Shown piece by piece: positions 21,926 through 31,907 of a stretch of DNA of 64,000 nt. The stretch's first letter is position 1, and each line of letters opens with the position of its first letter. Made by a program: the position numbers and the translations under genes. This stretch comes from an uncultured Methanosarcinaceae archaeon (lineage in GTDB: Archaea; Halobacteriota; Methanosarcinia; Methanosarcinales; Methanosarcinaceae): positions 1 to 64,000 of the forward strand of contig CAWJYV010000002.1 in the NCBI GenBank assembly GCA_963847185.1, written 5' to 3'. Below the pieces are notes generated by a model. It worked only from the letters and a program-made list of their open reading frames with translations, was not told the origin of the DNA and searched no databases.

Positions 21926-23191
21926 AGTTTATTACATCGCCTTTGACAATATGGGTTTTGATTGAAAGAACAATAATTGCAGCAAATGACTTGCGAGAAA
22001 AGAATCAAGCCCATGACCCAATGAATATAGGACTTACGCCGTTAACTAGAGAAAGCAATAGCATGAGAATAAGGACTGTCTGAACCATTACATTCAGGGC
22101 AGATCTCTCATGCCTCATTTTGATATCCAATTGTGTGATTCTCGGGTTTGTAATATTTTTTGCATTACTACTTTGATAAGTTTCTTATTTGATTTGCTTC
22201 TTCTTTGGTAGGAAATGAATGTATAATTTCCCGAAAGATTTTTTGATAAGTGTATAAAAGCAGTTTAATTAATAAAGAGAAGGTACGGACATTCTAAAAG
22301 ACTTACTTAAATAGGAAGTATCAGGTATACTTTGAAACAAGTCCATACAAAGCCAATAAAAAGAAAAAAATAAAGTTTATTGCATAATTTTTAGTACTTA
22401 ATTATCATTTTATTGAGTTTTAATAATATCATGTGCTAATTCTTGTGATAAAATCCTTTAGTAAACTGGATTTGATTCACAGGAATTTATAAACTAAAGA
22501 TTTGAAGAGACATTTTTAATTTACTTGAATTTAAGTCAAGAAAATCTGTTTATACAATTGTACCAGAATGAGATCTTCAATTTCGAGTTAATTATCCCAA
22601 ATAAGTGAGTTGGAAGATGCTGTTTTCACACAAGATGGCAATCTGATAATGCACAATATAGCTTTCCTATTTGTATTAAATTAATTTCAAACATCAATAT
22701 TTTTATGTATTATTGAAGCTTATATATTACTATCTAAGTTGCCGTTAAGACCGACAAGTACTGATTAATGTATACTACATTGCTATCCCCAGATTCTGAT
22801 TGCTGGTGAAAAAACCCCTTTACAGAAAATTTCCCTTAATTAATTTCCATATTCAAAACCCTGTAGGTTTTAATTGTGATCTTAAACCTGCTAAATATGA
22901 GTTCCCCAATTTCCCTTTCATTCCTCCAGTACCCCCAGTTCCAAGCAAGAAAAATTGTTTTATTTCTCCAGCCTGCCGGAAGTTGCTGGTGACGAGATAA
23001 AAAGATATTCAGGGAATATTATGGTGGAGAAGCGGAAAAACTCGTTTCCAACTATACTTCAAAGGTATGCTGTTTGAAAAAGTCATATGAATAAAAAATT
23101 CTGTGAATCCGGCTTCCATCTTATTTACTATATACAATAAGCGCCTTTTGGCGCTAACTGATTCAAAACTTATATAGCCTGGTTGTCAAAA

Positions 23192-24418
23192 ATGGTAGTT
23201 GATACTGATATCTGCGGTATAAAATTGGGAGATCGATATCCTTCACATGTAATGGGCATTATTAATCTGAGCCCCGAGTCGTTTTACGAAAACTCGGTCG
23301 TAAATCCGGATTCTGCTCTTGAGATCGCCCTGAAAATGGTTGAGGACGGAGCAACTTTTCTGGATTTTGGAGCCCGTTCGACCTGGCGATTTTCCAAACC
23401 GATAAGCAGAAAAGAAGAACTTGAACGGGTTCTGCCTGTTCTTGAGGCTCTGGAAGGTAACGTAGATGCAGTGATTTCTGTAGATACGATGTTTTCTGAA
23501 ATTGCAGAAGAGGCTCTCAAAAGAGGAGCCGACATTATAAACGATGTATCCGGTTTTACCACAGATCCTGGAATGATTGATGTAGTTGCAGATTACGAAT
23601 GTCCTGCCATCGTTATGGCTTCAGATAAGGTTCCTGGAGATCCTCTGGGGATGGATTCTATTATTGAAACACTTGATTCGATTATACAGACTGCTGAAAC
23701 CGGAGGCATCCAACCGGAAAAACTCATACTTGATCCCGCAATAGGCAGATGGACAGATGAAAAACTTCCAGTCTATGATTTTGAAACCCTTGACGATTTT
23801 GAACGCCTCAAGATCTTTGAAAAACCCTTGCTTGCAGCTCTTTCAAGGAAATCTTTCATAGGAGAAGTTCTTGAAAAACCTGCAACTGAAAGACTCTATG
23901 GCAGTCTGGCTGCAGCAGCTATTGCAGTTTATAAGGGAGCCCACATCATCCGTACTCACGATGTGCCTGAAACCTTTGATATTGTGAAACTTTCAGGAGC
24001 TCTGAGAAGTCGGCCAAGTGAAGTAATAAGGGACAGGTATGAGGTTTCTGCACTTGATGTTAAGACTCCCCAGGATGCAGCAATGGCAATGAGGAAACTT
24101 GGGGCAACCTGGGCAGGTTCACAGGTAATGCAGAACAAAAGCATTCACCTCGTGCTGAAGATTCGTAATCTTACAACAACAGAAGCTCTGATAATAAAAC
24201 AGGAAATGCTTGCTCGGGGAGGAGATACAGCCCTGACAAGGGACGCGGTTTCACACGAAACAGAATCTACTGATGTACTTGTAATGGGCACCCTGCTGCA
24301 GTTTGAGCGCCTTGTCAGAAAACTTGAAGGACAGGCTCGTTCCCTTCCGCTTATCGCCGAAATGATCCGCGAATGTATTGCAAACCGGAGCGATCTTGAA
24401 TATCGATATTTGAGGTAA
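23192..24418 (+). CDS. folP: Dihydropteroate synthase with an extra C-terminal domain of about 130 aa
   Basis: VMGIINLSPESF, ISVDT, INDVSG, ILDPAIG, SRKSFI, IIRTHDV. Extension contains IIKQEMLARGGD. Confidence 0.9.
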   Translation: MVVDTDICGIKLGDRYPSHVMGIINLSPESFYENSVVNPDSALEIALKMVEDGATFLDFGARSTWRFSKPISRKEELERVLPVLEALEGNVDAVISVDTMFSEIAEEALKRGADIINDVSGFTTDPGMIDVVADYECPAIVMASDKVPGDPLGMDSIIETLDSIIQTAETGGIQPEKLILDPAIGRWTDEKLPVYDFETLDDFERLKIFEKPLLAALSRKSFIGEVLEKPATERLYGSLAAAAIAVYKGAHIIRTHDVPETFDIVKLSGALRSRPSEVIRDRYEVSALDVKTPQDAAMAMRKLGATWAGSQVMQNKSIHLVLKIRNLTTTEALIIKQEMLARGGDTALTRDAVSHETESTDVLVMGTLLQFERLVRKLEGQARSLPLIAEMIRECIANRSDLEYRYLR

Positions 24419-24420
24419 TT

Positions 24421-25035
24421 ATGATCATAACTTCAGCAAAACCCTTTGAGGAAATCCTGACCCTATTAAAAGATGAAGACAACATTTTCATTATAGGATG
24501 CAATGTTTGTGCTGCAAAACTTAAGACAGGCGGAGAGCCAGAAGTTCTTGAAATGTACAGAAGGCTTGAGGAGAGCGGAAAGCATGTTATAGGCTGGGCT
24601 CTTCCTACTGCAGCCTGTAGTGTCCGGTCTTTAGAGTCCCTAGCTGAGAAAAGCGAGAAAATACACAATGCAAGTTGTATCCTTGTAATGGGCTGCGGCA
24701 GTGGAGTCTCTTCCGTAGCGAATGTAGTGGAGGTACCTGTGTACGGCGCAAACGATACTCTTTCCCTAGGAGGATCGAGTGGGGGTAAACTCCTTTTCAA
24801 TCAGTGCATAATGTGTGGGAACTGCACCATAAGTGAGTTTGGAGGGCTCTGTCCTAAAGCCCAGTGCCCCAAAGGCCTTCTGAACGGGCCCTGTGGAGGG
24901 GCTGTTGATGGAGTGTGTGAAGTTAACAGGGAAAATGATTGTGTCTGGAATCAAATATATGAACGCTTGAAGAAAATTAAAAGGCTTGACCTTCTATACA
25001 TTATCCATGATCCTCAGGAACACTGCATTAAATAG
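24421..25035 (+). CDS. metV: Methylene-THF reductase small Fe-S/Zn subunit (MetV-like)
   Basis: GCNVCA, GCGSG, CIMCGNC, GGLCPKAQCPKGLLNGPCGG, CEV..DCVW. Confidence 0.88.
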   Translation: MIITSAKPFEEILTLLKDEDNIFIIGCNVCAAKLKTGGEPEVLEMYRRLEESGKHVIGWALPTAACSVRSLESLAEKSEKIHNASCILVMGCGSGVSSVANVVEVPVYGANDTLSLGGSSGGKLLFNQCIMCGNCTISEFGGLCPKAQCPKGLLNGPCGGAVDGVCEVNRENDCVWNQIYERLKKIKRLDLLYIIHDPQEHCIK

Positions 25036-25652
25036 TCCATCTAATCCAGTTTCTGATATTCTTATTTAATGCATTATTAGTTAGAGAGGGAAAGTGGATA
25101 GATAGCGTGAAAGTTCGCAATTTTCCGAAGCAGGATAGCATCTTAATAGAATAATTCGCCTTAAACTAGGCAGAATATCAGTTTTCTTCTAATCTCTTTT
25201 TCTGATTTTAAAGGGTTCAATTTCTGAAAGTATGGAAAACAACGCTCGGATTTTAGACTTATGTTAGAATAAGACAGACTATCCAATATTATAATAAAAG
25301 ATTGTGGGCAGGTTAAAACTACTCTTTTAATTATCCTAAGGCATTAACTATACTCCGAAAAAATCGGGATAAAAGTCTGGCTCTCAACCTATTGACTGGA
25401 AATTCTGCTAACTGTAGTATAAAATAAAAATGCCTTTATACTTTTTTCACTGAAAGCGCTAAAAACGATTTAATAAACCTCTCTTATAAAAAAATAAGCT
25501 AAGTACTCACAGATTATTTCCGAAAAACAATAAAAGTACATTTGGAGATCTGTATTGAGTGCTTGAAAAATAAATGAGCTTACTCTTTTCAAGCTGTCCA
25601 TGCTTCTCAGGAGCATGGTTTTAAATAATTTCATCTCTAATATTCTTATTTA

Positions 25653-26534
25653 ATGCTTTTTAATTTTCGTGAAAAACTGAATTCTAACAAATTTCTGGTC
25701 ACTGCTGAAGTCTCCCCTCCTAAGGGAACAAACTTTTCAGTCCCCCTGGAAGATGCCCGTCAGCTTAAAGGGATTGCAGACGCTCTAAATGTCACAGATA
25801 ATCAGTGTTCGATTATGCACATGAGTTCTCTGGCCTTTAGCAAGCTCCTGCTCGACGATGGGCATGAACCTATTATGCAACTCACCTGCAGAGATAGGAA
25901 CAGGATAGGTCTTCAGTCAGATCTTCTGGGAGCTTATGCGCTTGGTATCCAGAATATTTGTTTGATGACCGGGGATTTCCCTTCATGTGGAGACCACCCT
26001 GGATCAAAGCCCGTCTATGACCTAGATTCAGTACAGTTCCTGCAACTTATCAGGAAACTTGATTCAGGCATTGATTTTGCGGGAAACAAGCTGGACGGTG
26101 GGACTTCTTTCTGTACAGGCGCAGTCTCTGGAATAGATTCTGAGAAGCCTCTGCAGCTCATAAAGCTAGGGAAAAAAGTGAAGTGTGGAGCCGATTTTAT
26201 CCAGACTCAGGCTGTCTATGATGTGGGAATGTTCGAGGAATTTATGGAAGCTATAAGCCATCTTGAAGTACCTGTGATTGCAGGTTTGATCCCGCTCAAG
26301 TCCTTTGGAATGGCTGAGTACATGAACAAGAACATTTCAGGAATCAATGTGCCTGAGGAGATTATGCTCCGAATGAAAGAAGCGTCCGACCCTATTGAAG
26401 TGGGGCTTTCCATAGCTTCCGAAACCATAAAGGAACTGACAAGACTCTCAAGAGGAGTTCATATTATGCCGATAGGATCCCATAAAAACACTCCCAGACT
26501 GCTTTCTATGGCTGGAGTTCCAGGAAATAAATGA
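25653..26534 (+). CDS. metF: Methylenetetrahydrofolate reductase
   Basis: TAEVSPPKG, NVTDN, QLTCRDRN, TGD, GADFIQTQ. Confidence 0.93.
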   Translation: MLFNFREKLNSNKFLVTAEVSPPKGTNFSVPLEDARQLKGIADALNVTDNQCSIMHMSSLAFSKLLLDDGHEPIMQLTCRDRNRIGLQSDLLGAYALGIQNICLMTGDFPSCGDHPGSKPVYDLDSVQFLQLIRKLDSGIDFAGNKLDGGTSFCTGAVSGIDSEKPLQLIKLGKKVKCGADFIQTQAVYDVGMFEEFMEAISHLEVPVIAGLIPLKSFGMAEYMNKNISGINVPEEIMLRMKEASDPIEVGLSIASETIKELTRLSRGVHIMPIGSHKNTPRLLSMAGVPGNK

Positions 26535-26831
26535 GTAAAAAATCTCTTAAAACGGGAGGCTTCTTCCCCTTTTCGTAAACTTAAGACTTCAGCTTTTCTA
26601 TAAATTTCCTATTTTTCTAAAACTTCCTATTTCTCTTTATTTTACGTTGTGAGCTATATTTTATTATTTTCAGATTTTCCTCATTTTCAGATCATTTATA
26701 AAAGAGACCTTAGGGAGATATTTCGGATAAATTTATCAATATCTTCCGGCATTTTACGATTTGATTCTCTATCTATTAATCCATGATTCAGGAAATTGAG
26801 GCTAATTATCAGATTTTAAAGGCCGTGAAAT

Positions 26832-27653
26832 ATGACTTCAGAAAATACTTTCATTCAGATGTTTGGGGTTAAGACTCCTATTATTAAGGAAGGCGACGAT
26901 ATAGTACGGATTATAGAAACTTCACTGGAGGACGCAGGCCTTGTTCCGGTTGATGGAGATATTTTCGTACTGGCCGAATCCGCGGTAGGAACAGTGGAAA
27001 AAAGAATTGTTAAGCTTGCAAGTATTACTCCCGGAGAAAAGGCCCGGTTTCTTGGGGAAAAATACGGGATAGATCCCAGAGAAATGGAACTTGTGCTTCA
27101 GGAATGTGATGAGGTTTTCGGGGGAGTACCTGGTGCTGCCCTTACCATTACGAAAGGGGTTCTGGCTCCCAATGCAGGAATTGATGCTTCCAACGCTCCC
27201 GAGGGACATGTAGTTTTGCTTCCGAAAGACCCGCGAAAAAGTTCGGAGGATATTCGGAAACAACTCGAAAAGCATTACTCCTGCAGGCTGGGAGTAATTA
27301 TTGGGGATAGCAGGACTCAGCCTCTCAGGCTTGGCTGTTCAGGAATTGCACTTGGAGTTTCGGGATTTATGCCTGTAGAAGACGCACGGGGGACTTGCGA
27401 TATATACGGAAAACCTCTCCGCATTACATATAAGGCAGTTGCAGATAACATTGTTTCTGCTGCAGAGCTTCTTATGGGAGAGGCTGGAGAAAGAATTCCA
27501 TGTGTGTTAGTCCGTGGGGCCCCTGTAACTATGATAGACGAATCCCCGGAGATGCCAACAATTTCAATGGAAGGCTGCATGTATTTCGGCAATGTAATCA
27601 AAGGAAAGATAGAAGATCATAACTCTGGATGTCAAAAGAAATCAGAGCATTAA
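26832..27653 (+). CDS. CofE-family gamma-glutamyl ligase (FolC2-like subgroup)
   Basis: PIIKEGDD, PNAGIDASN, IIGDSRTQPLRLG, DIYGKPL, AELLMGEAGE. Confidence 0.85.
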   Translation: MTSENTFIQMFGVKTPIIKEGDDIVRIIETSLEDAGLVPVDGDIFVLAESAVGTVEKRIVKLASITPGEKARFLGEKYGIDPREMELVLQECDEVFGGVPGAALTITKGVLAPNAGIDASNAPEGHVVLLPKDPRKSSEDIRKQLEKHYSCRLGVIIGDSRTQPLRLGCSGIALGVSGFMPVEDARGTCDIYGKPLRITYKAVADNIVSAAELLMGEAGERIPCVLVRGAPVTMIDESPEMPTISMEGCMYFGNVIKGKIEDHNSGCQKKSEH

Positions 27654-28003
27654 ATGATTGGGTTGTAAGTAAAAAAGGGAGGCTTCTTTAGCATGCATTT
27701 TGCAGTTAAGTTATCTAGATATGGATCTAAGAGCTTGCTATTTCTTTATTTCATTAATCCATATTGAAGTAAAGCTTGCAAACCTGAGATAAGCATTATA
27801 TATTCTCGAAGAGATATATACAATAAATTAAACCTTGACCCTGTATTTGGGAATTCCATCTTTCAGGGTGACTATAATAAGAAGTTTTGGGTTTCCGGCA
27901 GCTCTGTCGTATGCACGATTATACAACATTGTTCTTGTATATGCTTCCGGAGTGGATCAAATAATAAAAGAGACGAAGATGTTTCAAATATACAGGTGAT
28001 TTT

Positions 28004-28270
28004 ATGAAACCGATGTTATTGGACTTTTCCGCAACATGGTGTGGACCTTGCAGAATGCAAAAACCAATTTTAGAAGAGCTCGAAAAAAAGTATGGGGATA
28101 AGGTTGAGTTCAAAGTTGTAGATGTGGATGAAAACCAGGAACTTGCCTCAAAATACAGCATACACGCTGTCCCGACACTGATTATCCAGAAGGATGGGAA
28201 AGAAGTAAAGCGTTTCATGGGAGTAACCCAGGGAAGTGTATTATCATCGGAACTCGATAAAATCCTCTAA
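28004..28270 (+). CDS. trxA: Thioredoxin
   Basis: DFSATWCGPC and VPT motifs. Confidence 0.95.
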   Translation: MKPMLLDFSATWCGPCRMQKPILEELEKKYGDKVEFKVVDVDENQELASKYSIHAVPTLIIQKDGKEVKRFMGVTQGSVLSSELDKIL

Positions 28271-28545
28271 TTTTTATTTTTCTAATATAAACGCCCGGGG
28301 TTACGAACCTGGGGCAAACCTTTTCCACATTGTATTTCCTGAGCTTTTTCAAAATCTGATCGTGAATTATTAGTTGGTTGATGTTATTTCCAAAACCATT
28401 TTTAATGCCGCATCACATCAGTTTTGCAATTCAGTGAGGTTATAGTAGACATGATTAATGCACAAAGCGTAAGCATTTCTACCATTGGAAACTTAATCCT
28501 GAAAACATCAACCTGATAATGAGGGACGACCAAAAATTAAAAAAT

Positions 28546-29739
28546 TCAATTTTTTCCTGAGCCCAGCTTTCTAACTCTCTGGCGGGCGGTTTCAGCTTTT
28601 GATACAAGCCCTTTGTTTTCCCATAGGTCAGCTGCAATCTTGAAAGCGTTTTCTGCACCTTTCGGATTACAAAGCTTCAGGAAAATTCGACCCTTTTCAT
28701 ACCAGGCCTCAGGAAAATCCGGTTTTTGTCGAGTTGCTTTTTCAAAAGCATGTAGAGATTCCTTTTCAAGGCCCATTTCAAAGAGTACTTTACCCCTGAG
28801 CTGCCAGGCCTCAGCGTTCTCAGGCTTCATCTCAAGGGCTTTTTCAAAAGCTTCCCTGGCTTGTTCAAAGGCTCCAAGCTTTAAATGGAGTTTTCCTTTT
28901 TCGAATAAGATGCCTGCATCACAGGGATTCGTCTCAAGGGCTCTTTCGGACTCTTTCAAGTCCTCTTCAGATTGGCAAATCCTGGCAGTTACTGCATCCT
29001 TTCCTTCCCAGGCATTTTTCTGTACAGGATTCAGGGAAATTGACCTTTCGAAAGCTTCGAGGGCTGACTGGAAGCTTTCGAGTCTCATAAGTACAACTCC
29101 GATATTAGCCCAGAGTCCTGCATGGCAGGAATTTATTTTTGAGGCTTTTTCAAAAGTTTCAAGAGCTTCTTCATAGCATTTGAGCTTTAACAGGGCATTT
29201 CCTCTGTGAAACATGGTCGCAAAATGCTGAGGGTTTTTGGAAAGCAGCCGGTCAAAAGTTTCAATCGCAAGCCTGAGTCTTCCCTGCCTGTAAAGAGCAA
29301 CTCCTTCTTCATAAAGGCCCCCTGTTTCCGTACCTTCGGAATTTTGTTCCTCTCTGGCCTCGACTTTAGTGGTGTCTTTTCTAAACCCTGTTTCAGATAA
29401 ATACCTGAAACCTTCAGAGCCTTCCGAACCAGGCCTGGCATCAAGATATATGAACTCCTCTTTTGGCACAAAAGACTTGCAAATCCAGCCTGATTCAGTT
29501 TTCCGGTTTGTAATAACGCAATACCCGTTCACATACTTTGAACAGACCCCACAGCAATAGATGCGCCTTTCTAGCCTGTACCGGATCTGGTCAAGCTCGG
29601 TAGTCACAAGCCCCTGATTCAGCCTTGTTTTAAAGGTCTCGTATGGGATATTTTTAATTTTGATATATACTGTTGACGGAGCAGGGGGATCCCATTCGGA
29701 TAACTTTTCAGGTTGCTTTCTATACATCTTGGTTTTCAT
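28546..29739 (-). CDS. TPR-repeat protein with an N-terminal four-Cys motif
   Basis: Several TPR units (AW..KG, A..AFEKA). N-terminal CGVC-x7-C-x12-C. Confidence 0.85.
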   Translation of the reverse strand: MKTKMYRKQPEKLSEWDPPAPSTVYIKIKNIPYETFKTRLNQGLVTTELDQIRYRLERRIYCCGVCSKYVNGYCVITNRKTESGWICKSFVPKEEFIYLDARPGSEGSEGFRYLSETGFRKDTTKVEAREEQNSEGTETGGLYEEGVALYRQGRLRLAIETFDRLLSKNPQHFATMFHRGNALLKLKCYEEALETFEKASKINSCHAGLWANIGVVLMRLESFQSALEAFERSISLNPVQKNAWEGKDAVTARICQSEEDLKESERALETNPCDAGILFEKGKLHLKLGAFEQAREAFEKALEMKPENAEAWQLRGKVLFEMGLEKESLHAFEKATRQKPDFPEAWYEKGRIFLKLCNPKGAENAFKIAADLWENKGLVSKAETARQRVRKLGSGKN

Positions 29740-29805
29740 GGAGGATCATTCTTTGGCCTTATTAATCGCTTATCTATATACCTTGTAAGAGATTAAAGCA
29801 TGCAC

Positions 29806-31131
29806 TTAAACTGTATAGTTGAAATTCCACCAGCTAGTTTTTTCGCTTTCCTGCCCATCCGAACCCACAGCCCAGACACGCCAGCGTCCGGGACCTTGAG
29901 AAGGGAATTTGAAAGAGTAACTTGTAGCGCTTATGCCCGGTATTACCTGGGAATCACTTGAATCCGAAAGCCAAGAACCGGAACCTGAATCATAGGCATC
30001 GAGTTCTACAGAATAATTAGAGGCGCCTGAAACAGCTGTCCACTTAAGAGTACTACCAGACGTAGTATTATCAAATACCGTCCCATCTGCAGGAGCGAGT
30101 TGCTTTGGCGCAGAAACCGGTTCAGAAGGTGCAGATACAGAAAGCTCTTCCACATACACAATTTTGGTAGCGTCTACACTCCCGAATTCGTTAGTTGCAG
30201 TTAAGGTGTAAGTTGTATTCTTTTCAAGGAATATACGCTGACTGCCAGTTAAACTTACAGTCCCTATTCCGGGTTCTATGGAGACTTTTGTAGCTCCAGT
30301 GACACTCCAGGTCAAAGTGGAACTTTCTCCTTTCTCAACAATATCCTGATTTGCATTGAAAGAACCTATAGACGGAAGACTTCCTTGAGAGGTCTGGTCA
30401 TCTCCTGTGGATGCCTGATCTTCTTCTACAGACGTCTGGCCTTCCGTAGAAGTCTGATTTTCCTTCACAGATGTCAGGCTCTCTTCAGGGGATGTTGAGT
30501 TTTCTTTAACCGTAACGGTGCAGTAAGCTACGTCTTCTTTATCTCCATTGGAAGCTGTAAGTTTGTATGTGGTAGTTTTGGAAGGAGATACATTCGCTGT
30601 TCCTGCAGGCTTTCCAATTCCAATATCAGGTTCAATGGTGACATTTGAAACTCCAGACACATGCCAGTTCAGGACTGCGCTCTCTCCTGAATTAATAGAA
30701 TCAGGACTTGCATCAAAAGAACTGATAAGAAGAGGCTCCTGAAGCCTTTCTTTTTGGGACCCTTCGTTAACAGTAACCGTACACAAGGATACTTTTTCAT
30801 CCCCGTCACCGGTAGCTGTCAGTTTATAAGTTGTAGTTTCAGAAGGGGATATGGAAAGTGATCCATTGGAACTTACGGTTCCTATGCCGGGTTCTATAGT
30901 AATATTATCTGCTCCAGAGACTTCCCAGCTTAAAATAGAGGAACTCCCTGGTTCTACAAGTTCAGGGCTTGCATCAAAATTACTGATTTCCATCACAGCT
31001 GCAGGAAAAAGGGCTTTAACAGCTATGATTATACCCAGTACCGTACCAAGCAATCTTATGGCGTTAGGCACTGAGTTCCATAGAGACTTTAGATGATCCA
31101 ATATTGATTTTTGACCGTCATTTTTATCCAT
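29806..31131 (-). CDS. Membrane-anchored cell-surface protein with repeated Ig-like domains
   Basis: N-terminal TM helix; three repeats of I..F.A.P.....G.S..L.W.V.G...V.IEP.IG...TTY.LTA; Ser/Thr-rich linkers; C-terminal beta-sandwich with WRVWAV. Confidence 0.8.
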   Translation of the reverse strand: MDKNDGQKSILDHLKSLWNSVPNAIRLLGTVLGIIIAVKALFPAAVMEISNFDASPELVEPGSSSILSWEVSGADNITIEPGIGTVSSNGSLSISPSETTTYKLTATGDGDEKVSLCTVTVNEGSQKERLQEPLLISSFDASPDSINSGESAVLNWHVSGVSNVTIEPDIGIGKPAGTANVSPSKTTTYKLTASNGDKEDVAYCTVTVKENSTSPEESLTSVKENQTSTEGQTSVEEDQASTGDDQTSQGSLPSIGSFNANQDIVEKGESSTLTWSVTGATKVSIEPGIGTVSLTGSQRIFLEKNTTYTLTATNEFGSVDATKIVYVEELSVSAPSEPVSAPKQLAPADGTVFDNTTSGSTLKWTAVSGASNYSVELDAYDSGSGSWLSDSSDSQVIPGISATSYSFKFPSQGPGRWRVWAVGSDGQESEKTSWWNFNYTV

Positions 31132-31560
31132 AAAGAGACTCCATGCATCCTGTAAATTAAAACAAACAACCAGTCTTCGTTATCACGTTCAAGACCGATG
31201 ATGTATCAGGAAAAGTCTATCTGCTGAAATGTTAACTTAATTTCTAGCTTTAAATTGCTAATTTTAAACATTAGATGTTTTTTTAACAAAGCTGAAATAT
31301 GTCAGTTGTTTAATATTAGGGTATATATTAATTTTGGCTTATAAATTCAAGAAATTAAGAAAGAGCTCTGAAATAAGCAGACTTTAAATTATAACCGGGA
31401 ATTTCTGACCACGCCCTGAAATAAAACTTCAATTAACACGGTAATTTTAAAGAAAAAGAGGGTATTAGGTTGAATTGCCCACATCTATCATTTCATTATT
31501 TATATCAATCATATCATGACTATTTATATCAATCATATCATTATCTTATTATAACACTAC

Positions 31561-31788
31561 ATGAGAGGAAACTATATGACCTGTCACTGCAGGAGAACAC
31601 ATGGAGTTCCCGCCCTATTTTCTTTTTTCATTCCTGGCCTGGGCCAGCTTGTAAAGGGAGACCTGTCAAAAGCACTGGGGATCTGGATAGTCCTGGCAAT
31701 CTGTGCATTCATGAGTATTATCGGAATTGGAGTTTTAATGGGAATTGTTGTCTGGATCGCGCAGATCTATGATGCCTACAATGCTTAA
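31561..31788 (+). CDS. Small membrane protein
   Basis: PALFSFFIPGLGQL and IYDAY motifs; 2-3 TM segments. Start may be ATG 31576. Confidence 0.75.
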   Translation: MRGNYMTCHCRRTHGVPALFSFFIPGLGQLVKGDLSKALGIWIVLAICAFMSIIGIGVLMGIVVWIAQIYDAYNA

Positions 31789-31907
31789 ACAAAAAACAAA
31801 CTTTAAACAAAAAACAGACTTAAATAAAAAATGGATGAAAGATTTGGAAAAACCCTGAGGTGACATTCAGGGTTTACATGACAGAACTGATAATTAATTC
31901 AGATTCA

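Noticed and set aside
22030-22200. GGACTTACGC as a possible MITE/IS end in the folD-folP spacer
   Set aside because: No matching inverted partner could be identified.
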